Positions 8,560 to 19,200 are shown, numbered from the stretch's first letter. The stretch: DNA of 57,613 nucleotides from Oscillospiraceae bacterium (GCA_017519005.1 JAFWTG010000060.1:1-57613), one strand, 5' to 3'. Numbers and translations: made by a program. The notes: a model not told the origin generated them from the sequence alone.

Positions 8560-11500
8560 TCAGATCGTCGCGCCGTTTTGCCGGAGCATCTCCCGGAGGC
8601 TGTCGGTCAGGTCTGCCTCCGAAAAATCCCGGCCGAAGACGTCCGCCTCCATTGCCTCCAGCTTGCAGACACAGGCGCCGCGCTCCAGGTCCCAGATTCG
8701 CAGCGTCATATCCGAGGAGCCGCTGATAAGCTGTCCGTTCGGGAACCAGCCCTCCGGCAGCACGGCGATACAGCGCACCCAGTCGGTATGGCCCTCGAGC
8801 TGCCCGCACTCCTCGCCGCTTTCCGCGTCCCACAGGTGCAAACGCCTGTCGTCGCCGCCGCTGACCAGCATGCGCCTCCCGTCCCGGACGAGCAGCCGCA
8901 CGCTGCGCAGATTGCCCTGCGCTTCTGCGCAGATGACGTTTACGCTCCGCTTCGGATGCCGCAGATCCCAGATCGCGATCTTTTCGTCGCGGCTGCAGCT
9001 CACAAGCAGATTCTCGCCGTCCGTATCCAGACAGTTGATGTAGCGCTCATGTTCCTTCGGCATCCTGATCTGACAGCGCAGCGTCTCTCCGCGGGACAGC
9101 TTCTCCAGATCCCACAGCAGCAGATTGCTGCCGGCTGAGGCCGCGATCCACCTGCCGCCGATCGCGGCGACGGAATCGACGCCGTCCGCTTCCTCGGTGT
9201 CCCGGCCAGGCAGCACCTGATCGCACCACTCGTTCTGCCGCAGCTCCCAGAGCTTCACGCGCTTGTCCCCGGAGCCCGTGACGAAGCTGCCGTCGGCGCG
9301 TACGGCGACGCTGGTCACCGCTCTGTCGTGCGCGGCGGGGATCCGCTGCACCGGCTCGCAGCAGTCCGGCGACCACAGCATCACGCTGTGATCCTTGGAC
9401 GCGCTGACGATTCGCTCCTCCTGCCGCTCCGGCTCATAGAAGCGCTCCACCGCGAGAATCCATCTGGAGTGACCGTCCGCCGGCTCCGCCGGAAGAATCC
9501 GCTCGCATTCCCGCCTGTCCAGATTCCAGATCCGGATTTTCCTGTCCCAGGAGCAGGCGGCGACGCGGTGCTTCGAAAGCACCGTGACGTCCGTGATCGC
9601 GCTGGAACGGCCGTACATGGTCTGCAGGCAGCGTCCGGAGGAGGGATTCCAGACTCTCAGGCTCCGGTCCTGGGCGCCGGTCACACACTGTCCGTTCGGC
9701 AGGATCGCGGCGCATCGCACCTTGTCCTCATGGCCGGGCAGCGCACGCCGCATCCGATTGTCCGTGCCCCAGAGCTCCGGCGTTTTATTGCCCAGGCAAA
9801 GCAGGTAGCAGTCCTTCAGCTCCGCAGGGCAGTCCCTGGCCTGTCCGAAGGCGACGAAGCAGTTGACCGGGCAATTTTTTTCGGAGGGTTCCCGGACTGT
9901 TTCCGGGCGCGGATCGGAGAGGCCGCATACCGCGACCCCGCCGCCGCTGTCTCCCACCAGGATCCGATCATTCCTCCCGTTCGGAAGCAACGCCAGACGC
10001 GTAATTCTCTTCTGCGCTTTCAAAAGCTCCCGTTTATGACAGCTCCGGTCCCAGGCGATCAGCTTGCCCGTTTCGTCCGCGCTGACGATGGTACTGGCAT
10101 GCTTGTCGTCTCCGTTTGGGGTGCAGACGACGTCCGTGATCGCGCCGCAGTGTCCCGTCAGCGCGGCGCGGGCGGGCGTTCCGTTTCTGTTCCAAAGCTG
10201 AATGGTCCCGGCCTTTGTCCCGCAGACGAGCCGATAGTCGAGATCGTCCTCGTCGTCCGGGTCTCCGCAGCGCAGCACCGCCAGCGCGGTGATCGCGCTG
10301 TCGTGCCTGGCCGGGCTTTTCCAGAGCGCCTCGTCCCGGTTTGGGTCCCAGAGCTGAAGACTCCCGTCCTGCGCGCTGCTGGCGATTTTTCCGTCCGGAA
10401 GCGCTATGACCGCGCTGATCGGTCCCGTGTGTCCGGCCAATCTGCGGACGAGCTGGCCCGTTCTGGCATCCCACACCCGGAGCAGGCCGTCGTCGGCGCC
10501 GTTAACGATCAGCGTACCCTTTCTCTTCGTTGGCGCCAGCGCCATACACCCGCAGCGAATAACCGTCTCCGCCGCGTCATGCTCCGTCCGGTCTGTCAGC
10601 AGCGCGACCCGCTGCCCGGTGGTGAGGTCCCAGATGCGAAGGGTCCCGTCGTAGGCGGCGGTGACGCAGCGATGTCCGGGCAGGGCGGCGACGCAGCTGA
10701 TGGTGCCGCTGTGTCCGGGGCCGCGGAAGGTCTCCTCGCTGAGCCTGGTCATGGCGGAATGCGCAGGGTTTCGGAACAGCCGCATATCCGCCTCCGCCGT
10801 GCTGCAATATCGGCTCAGGCTCAGGCTGCGCAGGTCCATATAGGAAAAGTTCAGGCCCGCGTCCCTGTCCGCAAGGCCCTTCTGGATCTGAATCCGTCTG
10901 AGCTCCAGCAGATTATACAGCAGGGTCTCGGCGCGCTGTTTTTGCTCCCATTGCTCCGCGCTGAGCGTCTGCTCGTCCGACCAGAGCTCGGCGTTTCGCT
11001 TCCAGAACAGACGGTTCGCTGTCCAGATTGCCTGAAATACGTTCTTCGGCATCAGCTCGGCGGCGTATTCCAGCGCCTCCTTCGGGATATGCTCCTGCCA
11101 CAGCGCGGGAATCTGATCGAGCTTTTTGCCGTCCTCCGGCAGCTCCATTTCCACCTGATTGACCAGATGGATCCCGGCCAGACAGTCGCGGAAATGCTCA
11201 TGGACAAATTGGAATACGGCTTTTCCGTTTTTTGGCAGCAGCAGCCCTGTATCGTACAGGACCCGATTCTCCCATTCCGCATGGTCCTCCGGGTCGATCC
11301 GCGGGCGCGCGCTGTGCGTTCTCCTGGACTCGTAATGGCTCCAAAGTCCCCGCAGGTGCAGGGGCAGCTTATCCGGGTCATAGGCGCGAAGCGCCTGCTC
11401 GATCGTCCTCGCGGCGGAGGCCTTGTCGATTCTGTACGGATCGTTCCCGAGCATCCAGCACGCCAGCTCCGGCAGGAGATAGTCGAAGGCGAAGGAATAA

Positions 11501-12771
11501 TGGACGATCCACTTCTCCTTGTCCGCCTCTTCGCACACCATGTCGCTGTTCCGGCGCAGCAGCTCCCGCTGGAAATAGTTCCAGATTAGGGCGCCGCGGC
11601 TCTCGGGATTGCGGACGGAAAGCTGGTAGCCGCAGGGAAGCGGCGGCAGCTTTGCCGTTGTGATGTACAGATTCAAAAACAGCGGATAACACAGGATCTC
11701 CCACAGCGGAGAGTCCTCCTTCGGGATCCTGACCAGATCGCGGGGATATTCCTTCAGACAGGCCCGAACCGTTTCCCGATTGAGCGGCTCCAGCCTGATC
11801 CGAAGGATTTCATCCCGGCCGCCGGGATCGAACACCTCGGAAAAGCCGGCGTCTCCGAGGGGACGCGAGGAAAACACGAGCTGCACGCCGCGGTGCTCGC
11901 TCCATCTTCGGACGCATTCCAAAACGCTCCGCCGAACGTCCTCCTGCACCTCGTTCACGCCATCGAGCAGGATCAGCATTTGGGGCCGGTCCGTCCACTC
12001 CTGCTCGGAAAGCCGCAGGATTCCGTCCTTGCAGCGCTTATATTTCTTTTCGAGATAGTCTTCCAGCTCCGGCGACTGTTTCTTTTTGAACAGATAGTCC
12101 AATTCGCACAGGGAGATATAGACCGCGGGAATCGGCGGCTCTCCCCCGGGCGAAACGATGCTGAACAGGGCCACGGTCTTTCCACTGCCGCCCTCGCCCT
12201 CGATCAGAACGACCTTCTTCTCGCCCCTCGCCCAGCTCTCCCGGATGATCCGCCACACCGGGCTGACACTGTCCTCCCCCTTCAGATGTCCAAAGGAGGT
12301 CTGCTCCGCAATCTTCATCAGGGCAAAACTGGGGTGGTTCTTCCGGCATGCCGTCAGGCACTCGTTCAACTTCTTGATGAGCGCTGCGTCCGCCGGAAGC
12401 GTCGAAGCACCGGTATTCAGGCCTCGGATTTCCCGCCTCGCGGCGTCCTCCGCCTGTCTTTTCCACTCCTTCAGCAGCTCAACTGTATAAATCTGATCAT
12501 TATCGATTATATGGGCGCAGCATTGGCATAGCCAGATCCCGTTTTCCGCCGACGCCCGCTCCTTCGCGGTCATGGTGAGGTCGTATCTTGGCCCGCCCTC
12601 CGCGGCAGCGCAGATATGGGCCGCTACGCCGACATTCGTGGCCTTTTCGGGATCGCTGTTCGGACCGCTCGTACCGATTCTGCATTCCGGATTGCTGCAG
12701 CGGTATCCGGCCCGCTTTGCAAGCACCTCTTTGACACTCGGAAGAAAATCATCCCGATTGTTTCGCTTCAT
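8560..12771 (-). CDS. NLR-like STAND NTPase: N-terminal HNH nuclease, NACHT NTPase, C-terminal WD40 repeat array
   Basis: The start MKRNNRDDF (ATG 12769-12771) follows GAAAGGAAG. The HNH-like motif is AAHICAAAEGGPRYD...NGIWLCQCCAHIIDND. Walker A is LIEGEGGSGKTV (about 12175-12200) and Walker B is MLILLDGVNEV. There are more than 12 WD40 units, e.g. GHSGTISCV...DGTLRIWD and GHTGPISAV...DGSLQLWD. Confidence 0.85.
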   Translation of the reverse strand: MKRNNRDDFLPSVKEVLAKRAGYRCSNPECRIGTSGPNSDPEKATNVGVAAHICAAAEGGPRYDLTMTAKERASAENGIWLCQCCAHIIDNDQIYTVELLKEWKRQAEDAARREIRGLNTGASTLPADAALIKKLNECLTACRKNHPSFALMKIAEQTSFGHLKGEDSVSPVWRIIRESWARGEKKVVLIEGEGGSGKTVALFSIVSPGGEPPIPAVYISLCELDYLFKKKQSPELEDYLEKKYKRCKDGILRLSEQEWTDRPQMLILLDGVNEVQEDVRRSVLECVRRWSEHRGVQLVFSSRPLGDAGFSEVFDPGGRDEILRIRLEPLNRETVRACLKEYPRDLVRIPKEDSPLWEILCYPLFLNLYITTAKLPPLPCGYQLSVRNPESRGALIWNYFQRELLRRNSDMVCEEADKEKWIVHYSFAFDYLLPELACWMLGNDPYRIDKASAARTIEQALRAYDPDKLPLHLRGLWSHYESRRTHSARPRIDPEDHAEWENRVLYDTGLLLPKNGKAVFQFVHEHFRDCLAGIHLVNQVEMELPEDGKKLDQIPALWQEHIPKEALEYAAELMPKNVFQAIWTANRLFWKRNAELWSDEQTLSAEQWEQKQRAETLLYNLLELRRIQIQKGLADRDAGLNFSYMDLRSLSLSRYCSTAEADMRLFRNPAHSAMTRLSEETFRGPGHSGTISCVAALPGHRCVTAAYDGTLRIWDLTTGQRVALLTDRTEHDAAETVIRCGCMALAPTKRKGTLIVNGADDGLLRVWDARTGQLVRRLAGHTGPISAVIALPDGKIASSAQDGSLQLWDPNRDEALWKSPARHDSAITALAVLRCGDPDDEDDLDYRLVCGTKAGTIQLWNRNGTPARAALTGHCGAITDVVCTPNGDDKHASTIVSADETGKLIAWDRSCHKRELLKAQKRITRLALLPNGRNDRILVGDSGGGVAVCGLSDPRPETVREPSEKNCPVNCFVAFGQARDCPAELKDCYLLCLGNKTPELWGTDNRMRRALPGHEDKVRCAAILPNGQCVTGAQDRSLRVWNPSSGRCLQTMYGRSSAITDVTVLSKHRVAACSWDRKIRIWNLDRRECERILPAEPADGHSRWILAVERFYEPERQEERIVSASKDHSVMLWSPDCCEPVQRIPAAHDRAVTSVAVRADGSFVTGSGDKRVKLWELRQNEWCDQVLPGRDTEEADGVDSVAAIGGRWIAASAGSNLLLWDLEKLSRGETLRCQIRMPKEHERYINCLDTDGENLLVSCSRDEKIAIWDLRHPKRSVNVICAEAQGNLRSVRLLVRDGRRMLVSGGDDRRLHLWDAESGEECGQLEGHTDWVRCIAVLPEGWFPNGQLISGSSDMTLRIWDLERGACVCKLEAMEADVFGRDFSEADLTDSLREMLRQNGATI

Positions 12772-12834
12772 TTCACTTGCTTCCTTTCGTCGTTTCGGCT
12801 CCCCGAAACAGATCATAAATTGCAGCTCACTGAT

Positions 12835-12863
12835 ATTCTATACGAATGACTGCTTTTTTTCAA
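12835..12863 (-). promoter_or_regulatory. sigma-70-type promoter for the NACHT gene (TTGAAA-17 nt-TAGAAT on the minus strand)
   Basis: The reverse complement of 12858-12863 is TTGAAA and that of 12835-12840 is TAGAAT, with an exact 17-nt spacer. The site lies in an AT-rich stretch about 65 nt upstream of the start codon. Confidence 0.5.
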
Positions 12864-12931
12864 CAAAAAAATCCGCAAAACAATCAGCAAATTTGTAAAA
12901 CATCACGTCTGTTATCCAGCCAGTCCCTCCG

Positions 12932-12970
12932 AAAAAATCCGCCCGCCCCCCGGCGGGGACGGGCAGTTTT
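12932..12970 (-). terminator. rho-independent terminator downstream of the ROCO gene (bidirectional shape)
   Basis: GCCCGCCCC/GGGGACGGGC forms a stem with one bulge and a 5-nt loop (12941-12964). It is flanked by A6 (12932-12937) and T4 (12966-12969), so the minus-strand RNA ends hairpin-UUUUUU. Confidence 0.6.
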
Positions 12971-13114
12971 CGATATTCGTCGGAACGTGGAAACAGTGGA
13001 TCGCCGGCAAGCGGTGCGGCAGTCCAACTCCAAATTTTTTCGCAATCAGGGTACCGTCAGACAACTCGCTGCTCCGGGTTCTTTTCTCGTTGAACGGAAT
13101 CGGAAGCGTGATGG

Positions 13115-16101
13115 TCATTCCTCCGTCTGGTACTCCTCCAGCAGGCGCAGCACCTTCGGAGCCATTCGGGCGGCGTGGAGGTGCCAGGCCATCAGCGAGA
13201 AGGGGTCCGTGCAGTTGCTCTTGTCCAGGTTGCAGCTGCGGTGGGCAGGGAAGTAGTTTTCCAGGTAGTCCGGCTTCGCCGTGACGAAGCCGTGGTCGTT
13301 GAGATACTTCACGTACTCCGCCAGCTCCGGCCTCTCCCGGTATCTGGAGGGGAAGATGTGATCGACCTCCATCTCCCGATAGTTCCGGATCGGATTGTTG
13401 CAGTAGGGGCAGACGCCGTTGTAGGCCTCGAAGAGGGCCTTCCGCAGCGCCTGGTTGTCCTTGGAGAAGCGATGATACACGGCGGGCAGGATTTGAACCA
13501 CGATGGCCTTGTTTTCCACGCGGATTCCCTTGATGATCCGGCTCTCGTAGAAATCGCCCAGCAGGTCCGCGGCGTCGCGCTCCTCGCCGCTGACGTTGCC
13601 GTAGACCTTGCTGCCGCGCTCCGACGCCCGCAGCAGGCTGACGACGGAATACTGATCCTCCCCGTCCACGATGACCTCGGAGGCCGTCAGGCCCAGCTCG
13701 CCGTTGATGCGCAGGAGCTCGTCCCGCAGCCGGAGGAAGATGACGGAGGCGGGCCGCGCCGGATCGGCCCAGAGGTCGATCCGCAGGGTCTCGTCGTCGT
13801 CCATGCGCACCTGGACCCGGGGGCCCTCGCTGTGGGCCAGGAGCAGGCCACGCAGCCAGCAGTGATCCACGGAATAGTCGTTCCGCATGCAGCGGATCAT
13901 CAGCCGGTGAATCACGTTGTCCGGCAGATAGCTGTATTTCAGCCGGTACTGCACGCAGCGAAGCCCCTCGCCGGGCTCCTCCAGCGCCTCCGGGGGAGAT
14001 TTGGTGGGGCAGAGCGCCGGGAAGAACAGGGTATCCGCGTCCAGTCGGTAGCAGAGCTTGTGGAGCACGGCCACGTCCAGAACGTAGGCGCACTCCTCCG
14101 GCCGGTAGACGATTTCCGGGACGGTGCGGCGGTAATCCCGCTCCCGAATTCTCTTCGGGGCCTCGCCGCAGAGCAGCTCGACGATCTGCTCCGCGCGGAT
14201 GCGGCCCTCGACGGCGCGGCTCATGCCCTCCTCGATGACGGCGTAGATGGCGTTGGTGAGCCAGACGGGGTTGAGCAGGCGGTAATCCGCCAGCTCCCGC
14301 CTGTTTTCGTCCCGGTGGTAGCTGAAGCAGACGCCCAGGCTGTTGAAGTAGGCCAGCAGAGCCGGGGCGTCGTCGTCCTCGACGCCGTTGGCCGCGCAAA
14401 GAGCGTGATAGCGCTCCCGGGTCAGGTAGTTCCGGCCCCGGCTCTCCGCGGCGATGGCGTCCCGGACCGCCTTCCACCTGCGGTTCTCCTTCCGCCTGCA
14501 GCCCTCGGAGCTCGCGGCGATCTCCACCAGGGGCTCCATGAGCTCTTCCCGGAAAACCCGGTCCTCCGCCTCCTTGGCCGAGACGCAGGCCCCCTTCGGA
14601 TCATGGGGAAGTCCTTTTTCAGGCGGGACTCGTCCAGCACGCGCAGGCCGTTGTCGTTGTCCCAGCAGTTGACGAAGAGCAGGATGGGCGATTTGGGGGC
14701 AAAGGCCGTCACGTTGCGCAGCCAATAGCGGGCCCGCTCGTCGGCCTTGGTCTCCCGGCTCTTCACCGTGACCACGTAGCAGCTGTCCTCGGAGAGGAAG
14801 CAGCGGTGCATGGAGTGGAGCAGCTGCTGGCCGCCGAAGTCCCAGAAGTGGAGGGTGTAGTCCTCCCCCTCCCAGGGAACCGTCTCGTCCAGAATCTCCA
14901 CGCCCGGCGTCTCGGAAACGTCGTAAGGCTCCGCCGCCGTCTCCCTTCGGCCGCCGCTGCGGAAGCGCCGGATGGTGTAGCTCTTGCCGGAGGCCCCGTC
15001 CCCCAGGAAAATGACCCGGCACTCCCGGAGGGGCTGCAGCGCGTCCTCCTCGTAGAGGCCGCGGATCAGCTCCGGATCGTTTTGCAGGAAGACGCTCAGG
15101 TCCTGCTCCGTCAGGGTGACGCTGCGGAGGTTGACGCCGGACTCCTCGGAGGAGAAGCCGCCGTCCCGGAATCGCAGCCCCTTCAGCGCCAGGGAACGCG
15201 GGATGGAGGGGAGGGTCAGGCCGGAGAGCGAAAGATTCTCCAGGGCCGGCAGCTGGCCGATCCACGCCGGGAGCCGCGTGACGCCGGAGCGGCCCAGCCA
15301 GAGGGCGCGCAGACTGGAGAGCTTCGCGACGCAGTCCGGAAGCTCGGTGAGCTTCGTCCGGTTGAGGTACAGCTCCCGCAGAGCGGCCAGCTGCCCGAAG
15401 GACGCCGGCAGGGCGGCGAGGGGCGCGCTGTCCAGGTCCAGCTTTTCCAGATTGGCAAGCTGCCCAAAGGAATCCGGCAGAGCGGTGATTTGCGTGTCGC
15501 TGAGGTCCAGGCTTTCCAGATTGGCAAGCTGCCCGAAGGACTCCGGCAGGGTGGCGATTGGTGTGTTGTAGAGGTACAGGGTTTGCAGATTGGCAAGTCG
15601 CCCGAAGGACTCCGGCAGGGCGGTGATTGGCGTGTAGCTGAGGGAAAGCCATTGCAGCCCGGCAAGCCGCCCGAAAGAATCCGGCAGGGCGGTGATGGAG
15701 CTGTTGTGAAGCGACAGCCATTGCAGCTTGCCAAGCTGCCCAAAGGACTCCGGAAGGTCTGTGATTCGCGTGTCGCTGAGGGACAGGCTTTGCAGATTGG
15801 CAAGCTGCCCAAAGGACTCCGGAAGGTCTGTGATTCGCGTGTCGCTGAGGGACAGGCTTTGCAGATTGGCAAGCTGCCCGATGGATTCCGGCAGGGTGGT
15901 AATTGGGGTACCGCTGAGGTCCAGCGTCTGCAGCTTGACCAGCAGTCCGACGGATTGCGGGAGGAAGCTGATTCCGGAGCCGCTCAGATCCAATTTCCTG
16001 CGGTTGGAAAGCATCCGGGATTCTTCCGCGCTGGGCGTATAGCCCCCGTCGACGCGGCAAAGCAATTCATAGACCGCCTTACTGCTGTATCGTTTCGCCA
16101 T
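13115..16101 (-). pseudogene. LRR-Roc-COR-HNH (ROCO-type GTPase with C-terminal HNH nuclease), interrupted by one frameshift near 14590-14620
   Basis: The frame from ATG 16101 gives about 11 LRRs of 23 aa (LxxLPESFGQLANLQxLxLSxTxI), then Roc motifs VIFLGDGASGKS (G1), FWDFGGQ (G3) and LFVNCWD (G4). That frame then degenerates into Arg/Pro-rich nonsense. The adjacent frame continues with ACVSAKEAE (G5 SAK), a COR-like region and the HNH motif CPYCNNP...EVDHIFPS...AHRSCNLDKSN, stopping at 13115. Confidence 0.8.
15721..15879 (-). repeat. near-perfect 69-bp tandem duplication inside the LRR array
   Basis: 15733-15789 is identical to 15802-15858, and 15790-15810 recurs at 15859-15879. It encodes SLSLSDTRITDLPESFGQLANLQ twice. 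Confidence 0.9.
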
Positions 16102-16205
16102 GGTTCCAGCCGCCTTTCGTCTGTGTTCGCGGCGCTGCCTCCAATCGGCTTGCTGCCGCCGTTTTGAGACAGCGCCGCCCGTTTTTCCGGGATTTCCCGG
16201 TTCGA

Positions 16206-19200
16206 TCAGACCTTGAGATTGTCGGGCTTACTCTTCCTGTTGTTCATCGTGTTGCTCTTCCTGTCATGGTCGGGCGCGAGTCGCTCGTCCAGCAGCTTGG
16301 TGACCTTGGCCGCGAAGTCGGGGAGCTTTTGCTGAAGCGAATCCGGATTCTTGAACAGGTCGAAGAGCTCCTTCATCTGCGCGGTCTCGGTTTTGTCCTC
16401 CGAGAGCCTCATGGTCGCGTTGATGGCCTGGCGCGCGGCCGCGTAGCTGTCCGTATGCAGGGCGTTGACGTTCAGGTTCACTTCCTCGCTCAGGGCGTCC
16501 TTCCCGGCCCTGATTTCCTGCGGACTATTTTTCGTCAGGAGTTTGCGCATGAGCCCCTTGGTGTCCTCGTCCAGGTCGAAATTCCAGTTGCCGGTCGCGC
16601 TGTGGAGCTCCGTCATGGCATAGGCGTCCATCAGCATCTCCCGGAGTTCGTTGCGCTTGAGCGTGCGATTCTCTCGCTGCGTATCGAAGACCTTGTTGAG
16701 CTGGCGCAAGCGGTTTCCGATGCTGAACGGCACCTCGGGATCCAGCTCCCCGTGGAACGAATCCTTGGGCTGACCGACGGAGGGCTTCTCCTGCCGCGGG
16801 TTCTGCTCGTGCGGATTCTGCTGCTGCTTCATCTCTTCGTTGGCCGCGAGTTCCTTCTGCCGGTCCTTCTCCGCCTGAACGTCCCGGATAAGCCTGGACA
16901 GCTCGTCCATGAGATTGTCCGGCTTCTTCAGTAGCCTGACGAGCCGATTCAAATAGACGGGCTCCGCTTTCCGTTCTCCCCGGGCGTTCGAGGCCTCCTT
17001 CGGATCGCCGGCCTGTCTGGGCTTTCTCTCCTCAAGGGTGCTCAGGGTCGCTCGGACGGCGTCGCGGAACAGCTGGTACTGATCCTTGTGCAGCCTCGCG
17101 TACGCGCTCGCCTCCATCAGGCCCTTGTTCTGCTGCCCGGCCGGTCCGCCCTTCAGCCGCGCGTCGCTGTCCTTATACAGGCCGGTGTCGGCTTTGGAGC
17201 GGATAAGCGTGTTCACGTTTCTGACGGCGGCGTCGGTCACCGGTTTGTCGGGGCCGCAGGCGGCGCCGAGCTCCGTTAAGGTGAAGGCGTTATACAGCGC
17301 GTCGGCAATCTTTTCGCGGCTCATGGTACGGCTCTCGTTGTCCAGATAGAGGCTGCCCTGATGGCTCAGAGCCGCCAGCACAGGCTCCATGCGCTGCTGC
17401 GGGGTGAGATACGTTACCGCGCCGGCCTTCTCCCGCACCTGTCGGTCCTGCAGCCTTTGCCGTTCCGTCAGGTTATAATGATTCAGCAGCTTGTCTGTGC
17501 GAACGGCCGCCGCCGCCTGTTTTTTGGCCGGGTAGAGCCGCTGGATGGCATCCAGCTTCCCGGGCAGCTCAGCCATATGATTCCACTGCGCCTGAAGCTT
17601 TTTGCTGATTCTCGCGGCCAGATTGTGTCTTTCCAGGCCCTTTTTGTCCAGCTTATGATTCTGATACTGCTCCTTCTTGCGGTTGGTATAGGTCACGATG
17701 GCCTGGCTGAGCGTGACGTAGCAATTCTCCAGGCTCTGCAGCTCCTCCTGGGTGGGCTTGTGGACGGGCAGGCCGGCTTTTTCCTCCTGTTTGGTGAGCG
17801 GCGCGCCGGTCAGATCGCTGTGCTGCTTGGAAAGCTTGTGGAGGGCGGTCTTGATGGCCCCATACTCCTTGGAGCTGAAGTACACGCCCTTGTCCGCATC
17901 CAGGAGCTGATTGTAGAAGCTCAGAAGCTCCCGCTCGTCCTGCCGAAGGGTGTTGCCGAGCTTGCGCAGCTCCTCCTCGCGCTTGGACTGCCTGGCCGTG
18001 TCGCACGCGCCGTCCCAGAAGCGCTTGATGGGCATGTCGTTCACGCGATCCATGGAGAGCTTGCCGTAGTCGCCGTCCGGCACTACGTGGATGCAATCGT
18101 CGGAGACCGCGTTGATATCCTTGTCCTTAAAGTATTCCGCGCCGAGTCTGATCCGGTCCTGGACCGCGTTGAGGCGGTTCACGGCCCGGTCGATCTGGAG
18201 CTCGGGCAGGCGGTACTGCTGCAGGAGCTCCTTCAGGCTATTCCCGTCCAGCGCCATCACCCGGTCGGCCATGGACTTCGGAATGGTTTTCAGCTCCTCG
18301 AGCTTTCGATTTCCGCCGAGGTCGGTGTTCATGGTGCAGCCCATAAAGCACATGCTGTTATCGACCGCCTGGATGCCGCCCAGCTCGGCGGCGCCGTTCA
18401 CCATGGACACCTGGAAGCGCAGATTGTTCCGGCTCCGGTCCGCGTTGCCGCAGATGAAGTCCAGCACCTGCAGGGCGGCCATATCCCGGACCGCGTTCTG
18501 CGCAATCCGGGAGGACCTGTCCGCCTGCAGGAGGGCGTCGCCGTCCGCCGGGTTCCTGCAGTCGGAGCCCTTGCCGTTTTCCATGAACCAGCCCTGCGCC
18601 TTCCTGCCGTTCTGCGTCACGGTAACGGGCCTGCAGGCGGCCGTCAGGGACCCGACGCCCAGCGCCTCCGCCACCGCGGACATGGCCGCGGCCCGCGCCT
18701 CCATGGGCTGGCCGGGCTGAATCTGCATGGCTTCGCACAGCTTGCCGCGGCTTATGATCCCGGCTCTGTCCAGGAGATAGCTGTCTATGTAATCGGCGTA
18801 ATCATTCTCCGCAATGTCGTGAATGAGCTTCAGCGAGATGATTTGATCGTGCGTGGCTTCCACCGCCAGATCGTCGTAGCGATGGTTGTAGGTCCAGTTG
18901 TTGAAGATCGACGCCTGATCCAGGCGCTGCATTTCCCGTATGCCGTTTTCATCCATCGACAGCAGCGCGTCGCGCACTTTCGCGCTCTTCTCGAAGTAGC
19001 CGAGGAGCACGTCGGCGTTCTGCACGTTCGGATTGTCCGGCGACTGCTGCGCCCGCTGCTTGAGCGTGTTGAGCTCCTCCGTCATGCTTCTGAGCGGCCG
19101 GTCCGGGGTGAAGACGCCGTTCACTGCGCGCCCGTCGGGCATGGTGAAGCGCAGGGTGTTGCGGGGATTCTCCTGCGTGCCCAGGTTCACCGAATTCTGG

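Noticed and set aside
9328-11589. 753-aa plus-strand ORF, and other long antisense ORFs (3011-4177 +, 6614-7477 -, 12912-14477 -, 17361-20546 +, 21918-23492 +, 24512-26167 +, 26850-28250 -, 28904-30721 -, 31915-33357 -, 34501-37233 -, 39801-43157 -, 43209-46598 -, 46429-47841 -, 49827-51044 -, 51161-54283 -, 54516-56903 -)
   Set aside because: Each lies entirely antisense to a gene with clear motifs. All are Arg/Pro/Gly/Ala-rich with no motifs and no RBS. Stop-codon-poor antisense frames are expected at this GC content.
13115-16060. 981-aa minus ORF taken as one intact protein
   Set aside because: Only its C-terminal ~500 aa (from about 14620 downwards) make sense, as Roc G5, COR and HNH. 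The N-terminal half is an out-of-frame reading of the LRR/Roc region (Pro/Arg/Ala-rich periodic nonsense). The true N-terminus is in the 16101 frame, hence the frameshift call.
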